From positions 62,001 to 126,000 of the forward strand of contig MCFE01000115.1 in NCBI GenBank assembly GCA_002104905.1: a stretch of 64,000 bases of DNA, given 5' to 3'. How positions within the stretch are numbered: position 1 is the stretch's first letter; every line of letters begins with the position of its first letter. The notes under the pieces are model-generated. The model worked only from the letters and a program-made list of their open reading frames with translations, did not search any database and was not told the origin of the DNA. Origin of the DNA: Basidiobolus meristosporus CBS 931.73 (lineage: Eukaryota; Fungi; Basidiobolomycota). The translations under genes were made by a program, and so were the position numbers. This document shows, piece by piece, positions 24,718-35,861 of the stretch.

Positions 24718-25285
24718 TGTAGTGGTGTAGAGGTACTCCTGGGAGAAACTACACAACTCAAGGTGTGTGAGGTGTCTGATGGGTGCAATTACCTCTGTGT
24801 CTAAACTGCTGGTGTCTTTCTCAATATGTCACCGTGGTAAAAGCTCCTGCTTCTCTAGCTTCCTAGGTGCTCCAAGTGTCTCCAAAGGCCTCTGTGTGTC
24901 TTGTGCACTACCCCAAAAAGCTCCTTGATGGCAGGTCTGAGATGTACTGTTGAAGGCAGGTGCAGTGATCAATCCCTCATCAATAAATCATCCCTTCTAT
25001 CAGCAACACTTCTACCTTATTGATAAGCAGTTGATCACTGCACCTGCCTTCAACAGTACATCTCAGACCTGCCATCAAGGAGCTTTTCAGGGTAGTGCAC
25101 AAGACACACAGAGGCCTTTGGAGACACTTGGAGCACCTAGGAAGCTAGAGAAGCAGGAGCTTTTACCATAGTGACATATTGAGAAAGACACCAGCAGTTT
25201 AGACACAGAGGTAATTGCACCCATCAGACAACTCACACACCTTGAGTTGTGTAGCTTCTCCCAGGAGTATGTCTACACCACAACA
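24718..25285. repeat. 568-bp near-perfect palindrome made of two Gypsy-B U5 segments
   Basis: 255-bp arms (24718-24972 and 25031-25285) around a 58-nt spacer that carries AATAAA at 24982-24987. Confidence 0.95.
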
Positions 25286-25757
25286 CCGGTCAAATCCCTA
25301 TATGCAATGAGACAACACCCATTGAAACAAATGCCAAGGATACTTTATTGAGCCAAGTGAGCCCAGTAATCCATCTACTAGTGAATGATGTAATGTTGTG
25401 GCTAGAGAAGTGGCGTGTGTCCACTAATATTAGTAATGGAGACTTTGAGGACTTATTACTACTTCTTGCCAAAAGTATACTGGGATGCAACTTACCATGT
25501 ACATGGTACAAGTGGACAACAATCATGCAGCTGGCAGCATATGATCCAGAGACTTACCTGATTCCAGCATGTGTTAACAATTGGACGGCATTCACATCCA
25601 AAAATGATACCATTGCAAAGTGTCTAAATTGTCAGAAATTCACCACCACTGAGGGAAAACATTGTTTACACTCTAGATATATTCTAGTCATACCCCATCT
25701 GAGGAAGCTGATGCAGTCCAACAAATATTGCAAAGCTATACAGTATCACACTCAGTA

Positions 25758-26485
25758 GACTTGTTCCATTGGATAGTGCCACATTGAGCCACAAGTGCCA
25801 AATAGTGCCATTGTGGGCCAGAAAGGCATAGCAGACCTAAACTTGACCACAGAGTGTGAAACATGACTCTTCATTCTCATGCAGAGCAGCCCCTGTGTTT
25901 CACCCATTTTGCTGGAGAAAATCCATTTTTTGACCTTTTTTTTGGATCAATGTTGAGCAGGATGTGAGAGAGCACAAATGAACTGAAGACAGGCATCTGG
26001 TACTCAATACCCATGGCACTCTGAATCTAGCTCCTGTGGCTTGTATAATGTCATAAAGATGCAAGGCACTATATTGATTCACTGGTACTATCTGTCACTC
26101 TAAGTGCTTTATGTAGGTTTTACTTTAGGGCTAATATTTAAATATAGTGCCTGATAGTACCAGTGGACCAAGATAGTGCCATGCATTTTGTGACATGATA
26201 CAAGCCACAGGAGCTAGATTCAGAGTGCCATGGGTATTGAGTACCAGATACATGTCTTTGGTCCATTTGTGCTCTCTCATGTCCTGCCCAACATTGATCC
26301 AAATAAATGGTCAAAAAATGGATTTTCCCCAGTACAATGGAGAAACACAGGGATGACTTTCCATGAATATGCAGAGCTATGTTTCACGCCCTGTGGCCAG
26401 GTGTAGGCTCACTTGGCCTCCTTGGCACACTATGGCATTATTTGGCACTCATGGCTCAATATGGCACTATCTAACAGAACCAGTC
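25758..26485. mobile_element. Foldback MITE copy 2 (complete, 728 bp)
   Basis: ~340-bp inverted arms around a short spacer, with ends GACTTGTTCC and GAACCAGTC and a TA TSD (25756-25757, 26486-26487). Removing it restores the CACTA reading frame. Confidence 0.92.
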
Positions 26486-27545
26486 TAGTATCAATCAAGT
26501 GCAAACATATCCAATATATTTGATGGCAAACATTACAAACAGCCAAGAAGCAAGGGCTACTTTGAAGGTATGTATGACCATGCCTTTTCTTCAGCAGTTG
26601 ATGGATTTGTATTATACAAGTACTCTACCAGCAAATTCTGCTGGCCACTGAGTCTCATCAATCTGAATCTGCTGCCCATCTTACAGTATAAAAGCAATAA
26701 TCTGATGGTAGTCTCACTGGTATTAGGGCCCAAGTCACTGTCCAACCTGGTTAGCTAGCTATATCCACTACTGGATGAATTTTGTATGCTTTCCAGCAGG
26801 ATAACACTTATTGGCTGTCATGTAAAAGCTGATATTATCTGCATTGGAGATACTCCAGCCATCAGTAAGATAGCAGGTTCTTCCAGGCATAATGGATGGG
26901 ATTGCTGTTGAATGTGTGAAATCCCAAGGATTTTCTCCATAACTCACACACATTATTATTACCCAAACACCAGCACTAAGAACATCAGCTTTCCACAGTG
27001 AGAATGTACAGAAGTCAGCATGCAATTGCAGCAGAGGTGGCAAGCTATAAGCCATTGGCCAGAATATGGGATTAATTGGAAGCCAGAGATACTTAAGATA
27101 GAGGGTATCTGTTGGAGCAAAAGCTTTCCACTGGGAGCAATGCATTGGCTTTCAATAATATCCCTATACTGATGACCAAGTTGTACATGGGGTATTTCAA
27201 GCTAAATGAGCCCTTTGAGATACCGGAGAAATTTGAAAGAATTGGCAAGATATTACAGAGTACCCAATACCCTAAGTACTTCTCACAGGCTCCATTTAAT
27301 ATTCATATGCATATGCAACAATACAAATGCATAGACTAGATGAACTGGATATGTATTTATTCAAGTGACATTCTAAGCCATTCCTACCAAGAGCACATGG
27401 GAAGCATTGGGAGTCATATGTGAACATTATAGGAATATTTATCCAGAAGCGGATCACCAATGCCAACTTGATGCATCTACAGCTGTTGTGCAAAGAGTTT
27501 GTGATGGGATTTGAGCAGCTATACTCCAAACATGAAGCTGAATGC

Positions 27546-28619
27546 TGTGGTGGTGTATAGGTCCAAGGGTGAGATACGTCCAACACTTCTCAAGTGTTTT
27601 GTGTGTGGGGTGTTCACTGGGTGCAATAACCTCTGGCAAAAGCTTGCTAGGAATACTTAGGTTCTGTCTCTAATCTAATGTGAAGGGGTATAAAGCCACA
27701 AACTTGTCAAGGGAAAACTATTGAGCTACAATCCCCAACTTAGTTGGCGTCTTAACAAAAGTATGTGCTGGGTTCAGCATCCTTTGAGATGACAATGTAC
27801 TAAAGCTTCCAAAGTCAAAATAACAGTAAACTCCACCAGCAGGGACTTGATAAGAATGCAGCTGTGGGCAATAGTTACAAAGACAGAAAAGTATCTTTGC
27901 CTGTACAAGAACAAACTTGGGAAAGAATAAGATATAATAAAAGATACCTACTCTGAGTATTCCTCACAAGTAGTGCCTCCAAGGTCAGTTGGCAGTCAGC
28001 GCGGTTTCCTGGGAGTGTCCTGTGGGCTGGGGTTGGAAGTTCAGGTAGCAGCAGGTAGCAGTGATCACGCTAATCAACAAGTTGGTATATTGATAAAAGG
28101 GATGATGATTTATTGTTGAGGGATAGCCTCACTTATATACTTCTCTTACTGGCTAAGTGATTACCAATCATGGTGTTCCAGAAGGTTCCGGATATCAATA
28201 GAAATCTTAATGACATCAGAATGACCTAAGAATGTTCTAAGTAGGTGCCAGAAGGTTCTAAGAGGCACAGCACATCCAACCAATCAGGAATTGGTATTCT
28301 GAAACCTGTGTAACATGGGGATACCATATATGGTATGGAAATGGTAGGGATGGTGACACAGGTTGATCATGTGTCACGGGTGCTGGCGCGGGTACTTGGC
28401 TAATATAAAAGTACTTATAGCTAGTAATCTTACATAAAGTGAGGGGTAACTTATGCAATAAGGTAAACAGGTGTGATAGTCAACTGGCTTATGGGATAGT
28501 ACTGATTGGGTAAGACAAATGGGATAAAACTAAAATAAGTGTAGTAGATATATAGGGAAGTAGAAAATAAGGGAATGAGCACAACTGTCAGTGGGTGTCA
28601 CTGTCACCCCACTACAACA
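27546..28619 (-). mobile_element. Solo LTR of a Gypsy-B-related subfamily (~1074 bp)
   Basis: TG...CA ends with a short terminal inverted repeat, and TATATAA then AATAAA on the minus strand. Its two ends are homologous to 15161-15402 and to 24718-25030. It interrupts the CACTA ORF at HEAE(R)VDLC. No clean TSD. Confidence 0.75.
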
Positions 28620-30452
28620 AGTAGATCTCTGCTGCTACTGTATCTATTCTTTACTCCATCTTGCACAGTGTGGGGAGAATATTGGGCCTTGCTTCACCTT
28701 TAGGGAGTTTCCTATGGAGCAGATGTGTAGGGAGATAGGAAGACAAATCAAGTTGCAGATACTACCATGTCCCAATCTCATCAAGAATATTACCTTAAAG
28801 TCTGTCATGGATGTGATAAGTTGGCACATGGAGGATAACCCGGAAGAGTTGGAAAATACTGAGGACAAATGTGCACATGAAGACACCTATGCCTATGGCA
28901 TTAAGAAGCTAAGTAGCCCCAATGTGTGGGTAATCAGTTAAGTAATGCAATGCTGGGTTTGGTGCAACAAGCAACTAATTTTTATCAGGAAAACTCTATC
29001 AAGGTATGCTGGATTTCTCATGGTCACAAGCCAACTTCTAAACCACTCAATACAGATTTCACACAAACAAAAGCCAGAGTGCACCTATAAGGGGAACTAG
29101 AATCCAGCAGGGAGAAGGAATATATTGGCTAAATACCAAGAAGTTCTTTGTGGATATTCAGGAGGTATTCATGACAGAAGTGGCATCAACCAAGCGTATG
29201 TTTGCAAGATGTGTATGTTACTAGCAGTACAAGGTTTATGGTAACTTTGCAAGTATCACACTAAAAAGCCGTAAAGTTGAGGTGATAGAAGTATGTTAAT
29301 TGTGGCAAGTGTGCATGTTTGTAGAGGTTAGTAAGCAGGAGGCCATAGTTTTTGTTGATTCAAACTATATGTGGAATACCCAAGGTAGTAGTGGGTAAGC
29401 AAATACAGAGGGGTGATTCTACAGTGGAATACATGAATTGCACAAGGGGAGGTTGAAAAAGGAAATACCATTTGGTAAATTGGTATGGTAACATTATACA
29501 GAACCAGCTGTAGGCCATCATACTACCAATATAATGCCATCAGAGTCTTGCTGTGTGGCCATCAAAATACCATCAAATCTCTTGCCATATAAGGCAGTTG
29601 GATGTCCTGACCAATTGGATCCACTTAAAATAGTTATAGAGCGCTAATAGGCCCAACAATATCATGCAAATATTGTTGCAGTATCAATTAAATCTTGTCA
29701 AGTTTTACCCCTTTATTTGGTTGTAAAATTAGCAAAACACTGTTGTGATCATGTCATAACATTTTTAGGAAAGTCACTAACTTCAAGCTGCTGGTATTAT
29801 GATGGTCTCTAAATGGGATCCTGATGGCTGATCTGGATTGGATCCACCCATGGGACCAAATTATTTTTCATAGGGATCATGGGCAGTAGAGTCTAGGATT
29901 CTGTTAAATCTGAGATTTCAGTGAGGAAAATTAATCATCATACATCAAAAGGAACAGCACCAGTCAAGTAGTAAGTAAGAAGTATGGCAAAGAGCCAATA
30001 GCATATCTATATACACAGCTACAGGAGAAAACTGAGAGTCTAGGATCAGGAAAGGAGAGAAAATACAGTGAAGTAATCAAGAGTAACCTAGGGACTGCTA
30101 GGGTTAAGAATTTGAATAATTACTCTTTGAAGTGTAGGGTGCCACTTTTTTGAAGCAGTTATTGGATGGTGGAATAGCTTCATCCCTTCCTCTTGGTCAC
30201 ACAATCTGCATCTTTTAATAGCCTTTGATAGGATCTGGCATATATCTTTCATAAGCAATGTGGTAAGCTTTCTAAGATAAAAGATCATGGGTGTACCAGT
30301 AAGAAAGCTACAGCTTCCTCAAATGCCTTTAATAAATATGACAGCAAGCTCCAAACCCAAGGGAAATAACTGCTGAGTAGCTGGAAGAGAGCTAGCAAAA
30401 GGAAAGCAGGTAGAAGTAGAAGCACTGTTGCAGTGTTTATTGGGGAGCAAAA

Positions 30453-33400
30453 TGTTGTAAAAATTAGGAATTACACCTAAATATTCATCTAACTTAGTCA
30501 CTTAGATCATTACCCTCAAATCCTAGAGAATACTGACCAAGTTTGTTGTTGGGATTTACATAGAATACTTTCACCAAAATACCAGGTACCCAGAACATGA
30601 AAATTCTCAAAGTTGTTCAAACTGTCCCAGACTTTGCACACATGTTCTTGGATCCTTTCTTAACCTACTCTATGTGATTTTAATGCCAAGACCAGGCAAA
30701 AGTATAATTACTACTTTTACATTCAATAAATCCTTAAGTGATAACCACATAATCTACTTGTTCTCCCAATCACTTCCAAAATCTCCAAGACTCTTTCAAC
30801 AGGCTATGAGCCCCAAGCTGTCACTCTCTGCAATGTCTACTACTGCTATTACTTGAACTTTTCCCTCTGCTGAAAAGTTGGATGGATCTAACTACCAAGT
30901 GTGGAAAGAGAAGATGAAGATGCTGCTACAAGAAAAAGGCCTTTGGGATATTGTCATGGGAGAAGAATGCCCACCTAAAAACATGGGAGAGGAAGCCTTA
31001 AAGTACCAGAAGAAAGAACAAAGTGCCTTTAACTGCATTTGCCTTAATGTCAAGGACAAATTGCTAATTCAATGCTCAAGAGCAAAAACAACAAAGAATG
31101 CCTGGAAAGCATTAGAAGACACCTACCAGTCATGTTCAGCTGCCAAGAAGATGTATCTGAGACAAAAATTCTTTACTGCAAAGATGCTGTCAGGAGAAGA
31201 AATGAAAAATCTAATCAACAGAGTTACCCTGCTGGTAGATGAGATGGAATCTGTGGGTGTACCAACTACTGATGAGGATGTGATAGTTACCATCCTGAAT
31301 AGCCTGACAGACAGGTTTCAGGGCCTTGTATCAGCCCTAGAGTCCAGAACTGAAGATTTGACCTTAAATTACATATATGGAAGGCTCCTGGATGAAGAAT
31401 TAAGAAAATCAAGCGCTAATAAGAAGGAAGAAGAAAATGCTTTAATAAGCAATGATAACCAACAAAGGAGGTACCCAAGACCCTACAAAGGCAACAGCAA
31501 CCGGTTTTGTAACTACTGCAAAAGGAAAGGACACACATCAGACCGGTGTCTCAAAAATGAAGATAATCAGCAAAAGAAGCATGAATATGGAAATGCTGCA
31601 ACAACTGAAGATAGACTATTAATATCTGCACTATGTATGACCACAGACAAGGACTCTCAGACGTGGTATATTGACTCTGGAGCATCTCAACACTTTACAC
31701 ACCAAAACAAACTTTTACCCAATACCAAGAAATTCCAATTAAGAAGGCTTTCATGGGTGACAATAGAGCACTTGATGCAGTGGGAGAAGGAACTATCCAA
31801 GTAAACCTTAGAAGCAGTGAAGAAAGCCATACACTGACCTTTAAGGAAGTACTCTATGTACAAGAAATAGCCAAGAACCTACTCACTGTAAGTAAGGCCA
31901 CAGCAGAAGGACTCAGTTTCAGTTTTGACAATTCTGGATGCATGATCACTGATCAAAATGGTGCTCATATTGCATTGGGCATCAGAGATCAGAATCTATA
32001 CAAGTTGACTTATATTCCATCACATTTGGAAGCCAATATAAGTAACTTAAATGAAGACACACCAATGCTTTGGCATAGGAGATTTGGACACATCAATTTT
32101 GATTATTTGTGTAAAATGATCAAAGATCAGCTAATTTCTGGAGTGAAAATTGATCCCCCAGTTGATTTGGAGCACTGTGAAGCCTGCATATATGGGAAAC
32201 AAGCCAGACAACTGCTCAAGAGCTCTGGGTTAATCAAAACTAAGAAAAAATTAGATCTAATTCACTCAGATCTGTGTGGACCTATGCAAAATTTATCCTT
32301 AGGTGGGATGAAGTATTTAATCACTTTTATTGATGATTATACAAGATACACATGAGTCCACTTCATGGAGAGAAAGGAAGAAGCTCTGTCTAAGTTCAGG
32401 GAGTTTAAAGCCATGGTGGAGAGAGAAACTGGTGAAAAAATCAAGAAAATACACTCTGACAATGGTGGAGAATATACCTCAAAACTCTTCATCTACTTCT
32501 GCAAAATTCATGGGATAAAGCAAGAGACTACTTTACCATACTCCCCACAGCAAAATGGAGTAGCAGAACAAGCTAACAGATCAATAATTGATATGGCAAG
32601 ATCTATGATCCATGATCAAAAATTATCCTATGATTTTTGGGTGGAATCAGTTGCCACTGCTGTATATCTTAAAAATAGGAGCTATAACAGAATACTTTGT
32701 GTTTGTGCTCCATTGGAAGCATGGTATGGATACAGACCAAGTGCAGAACATCTAATAATATTTGGGTGTTCAGCATATGCCAAAAAACTGGCCGGAAATC
32801 AGTCAAAATTTGAGCCAAAAAGTGTAAAATGCATATTTTGGGCTACTGCAATGAGAGTAAGGCATACAGACTCTACAATACCAAAGCAAAGAAGCTGATC
32901 AAGTCCAGGGATGTGTTGTTTGATGAAAATTAAAAATTTTCACAAAAAATGACATCAGATGATGACAAAAATTTGATATCAAGTCCACCAATTGTCAGGA
33001 TTGAATCAGAGCAAAACAGTGAAAAATTTTTCACTCCAGAGGACTCTACAACCATGGTTCAGCCAGAATCAGTGCCCAGGAGTATCCCAGAAGTGATCAT
33101 TCCAGTATCAAATGCCTGGTGATCCAATTGGACAAGAAATAGCCCAAATTACTATATCAATGAGGGTACAAACTTAGCCTATGCCTATTCAGTCCATATT
33201 GATGAGCCCTTGACTATAAAAGAGGCCCTAAATAGCCCTCAGACAAAGTTTTGGAGATCTGCAATGACTGAGGAATATCAGGCCCTGACGGAAAATCAAA
33301 CTTGGGACTTAGTCAAGTTACCAATCAACCAAAAATCAATTGGATGCAGATGGGTCTTCAAGACAAAATACTAAGCTGATGGTGCAATTGAAAGATACAA

Positions 33401-35118
33401 AGCAAGACTTGAAGCCAAAGGATACTCTCAAACAAAAGGACTTGACTATACTGAGACCTTTGCACCGGTAGCCAAGTTTAATTCCATCAGATTATTATTG
33501 GCTATTGCAGCCAAATATAAGTTTTTTATTCACCAAATAGATGTAAGAACTGCATTTTTGAATGAAGAACTTGATGAGGATGTGTATATGGACCAGCCTG
33601 GTGGGTTTGTTGACCAAGATAACCCCCATTTGGTCTGCAAGCTTAAAAAGTCAATATATGGTCTCAAACAATCACTGAGAGCCTGGAATTGCAAGATAGA
33701 TTCTTATTTGGAATCTTTGAGTTTCAAAAGGAGTAATGCTGACTATAGTATATACTATAAGTCAGATAGAGCAAATCAAGTTCTATTAACTCTATATGTG
33801 GATGATCTTATTATAGCTGCCAATAACCTAGAAACATTGGAAGAGACTAAATCCAGCCTATCCAAGGTGTTCAAGATGTCCAATCTAAGAGAACTTAGTT
33901 ACTACTTAGGGATTAAGTTCTCCATAGAGAGAAGTACCCAGACTATTACCCTAAGTCAATCCAAGTATATTCAAGATATACTAAAGAAGTACCAAATGGA
34001 AGACTGTAAACTGGCAGCTACCCCAATGGAGACAAACCTTAACTTGGTCAAAACTCAACCAAATCAAGAGAGCTTGGTGCCATCTGAAAGCCCTGACTTT
34101 CTGTATCAGTCTATAGTTGGCAGTCTGATGTATATCATGCTTGGAACATGCTCAGATATCTCATATTCAGTGGGAGTTGTCAGCCAACATAATTAGAACT
34201 ATGGATCTGATCATATTGCAGCAGTTAAGCGGATTTTTAGATACCTAAAAGGAACTGCTGATATCTGCTTAAGATACACTTATAAGGATTCAGAACAGGA
34301 TCTTGTGGGATACTCTGATGCTGATTGGGGACAAAATTTAGAAGACAGAAGATCCACCACAGGATACACCTTTCTTTACTGTAAAGGAGCAATTTCATGG
34401 AATTCAAGAAAGCAACCAACCGTAGCACTTTCTGCCACAGAGGCAGAGTATATGGCAGCCTATGAAGCTACAAAAGAAGCAATGTGGTTAAGAAAGCTTT
34501 TTACAGATTTAGGCCTATGTCAGACAACACCTATTACTTTATTTGAAGATAATCAAGGATGTATACAATTAGGTAGAAATCCAACTTTTCATGCTAGAAC
34601 CAAGCACATAGATATTAGATATCATTTCATACATGAAGCTTTAGAGAGTAACCTGGTTAGCTTAGTTTACTGTCTTACAGATGAAATGATTGCAGACATA
34701 TTTACCAAACCATTAGCTAGAGACAAGCTTGAGTATCTTAGGTCAAAATTAGGACTAGTCAGTATGAACATTCAGCTGAGTGGGAGTGTTGTAAAATCTG
34801 TAATTCCACCTAAATATTCACCTAACTTAGTCACTTAGATCATTACCTTCAAATCCTAGAGAATGCTGACCAAATTCCTTGTTGGGATTTACTTAGAATA
34901 TTTACCCAGAACATGAAAATCTAGATAAGTTGTCCAAACAGCCCCAAACTTTGCACACATGTTCTTGGGACCTTCCTTAACCTATTCTACATGTTTGTAA
35001 TTCCAAGACCAGGTAAAAGTATAAATACTACTTTTACATTCAATAAATCATTAAGTGAAAACCACATAATCTACTTGTTCTCCCAATCACTTCCAATATC
35101 TCCAAGACTCATACAACA
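30453..35118 (+). mobile_element. Copia-3 full-length LTR retrotransposon
   Basis: LTRs 30453-30801 and 34787-35118, perfect 5-bp TSD CAAAA, PBS GGCTATGAGCCC at 30802-30813 and PPT GAGTGGGAG. Confidence 0.97.
30833..34838 (+). pseudogene. Copia gag-pol polyprotein, disrupted
   Basis: Same domain order as Copia-1 (ORFs 30878-31804, 31753-32355, 32365-32898, 33498-34196, 34305-34838), with stops and frameshifts. Confidence 0.93.
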
Positions 35119-35861
35119 CAAAAATGGTGCAATACCAGAGGTACCCAGACAGAGTTGCTACAAAGGGACTGGCAGCCATAAGAGTAAAAGGAAAGGAGAG
35201 TAAATCTACTCAAGCTAGAGACAGAGAGGTAAGTGACAAAAACTGCAACTTTCATTACTAAATGGTGTCAGTCAGGAACAGTCTAATCCCACAGAAGCTA
35301 AGAAGAATTATAAAATAAACAGCAGCTGCTCTCACAAGAGGTTGAAGTGCAGCCTGTTGAACTCTACTCCAGTGAGGTTGCTGTGCTCTTAGAGAAAGGC
35401 ACTTTTCTACCACAGTCTTCATGTTGTTTGTTGTAGACAGAGTGGAGATCCTACTGGCAAGCAAAGCAACCTATGAAGTGATAAGAAAAACAGGTCAACT
35501 CAAGGATCTCCTGAGGGAATTGATTCTACCCAGAGATTGAATGGTACTTTTTTCTGTGAACTTCAACAAAAGTATACCTTGTATAACCATTGCTGAATGG
35601 GATTCAAACCTTTTTTCCACCTATAGGTATACTGTGAATAGGTCCACATAAATCCGAGCTTTTCTTAGTTTTGATTGACCCCGCATGAAAGATTGGGCTA
35701 AATCCAATGTTTAATATGCGGATGGAAGCAGTCGGGTAGCGACAGTTATTGGAGATCAGTTGAATATTACAGAATGAGGCTTATGTACATTATGTATGGA
35801 CGGTGAGGAGTGGTTAATGGATGTAGATGTGGGTGTGGAATGCGGGGGTGTGATGAGAGGC

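Larger units (their letters stand above)
15161..24972 (-). mobile_element. Gypsy-B: gag-protease-only Ty3/gypsy element, split by Gypsy-A, with both LTRs partial
   Basis: U5 at 24972-24718, PBS 24713-24697 and gag 24643-23891 (CMWCDSANHSKRNC knuckle). Gag resumes in frame at 16581. Protease DSGS lies in ORF 15420-16148, followed by PPT GGGGGGTGGA (15412-15403) and U3 starting TGTGGTAGGG (15402-15161). Confidence 0.85.
25286..29560 (+). pseudogene. CACTA/EnSpm (Tnp2/Transposase_21-like) transposase, degenerate, with two nested insertions
   Basis: Motifs IPACVN..KCLNC..YILVIPHLRKL, NIFDGKHY, AVDGF..WPLSLINLNL..GPK, DTPAISK..HNG, FPLGAMH and LLHLAQC..IGP..FPMEQ occur in CACTA order. Confidence 0.85.
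29560..35500 (+). mobile_element. 3' part of the CACTA-like element (ORF X remnant), interrupted by Copia-3
   Basis: 29560-29880 matches 2800-3420 and 4080-4280. 35330-35470 encodes EVQPVEL.SS, as in ORF 5395-5640. Confidence 0.55.

Noticed and set aside
24071-25285. DIRS/Ngaro tyrosine-recombinase element with inverted LTRs
   Set aside because: No YR ORF. The element has a tRNA PBS, PPT and aspartic protease typical of Ty3/gypsy, and the inverted copies are adjacent rather than terminal.
34775-34838. C-terminal extension of Copia-3 pol into the LTR
   Set aside because: A single TAG to CAG change in an already dead element.
1-35600. Neurospora-type RIP as the cause of TE decay
   Set aside because: The diagnostic changes I could trace are mostly at CpG, and CpA/TpG remain abundant rather than being converted to TpA. 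A formal RIP index was not computed.
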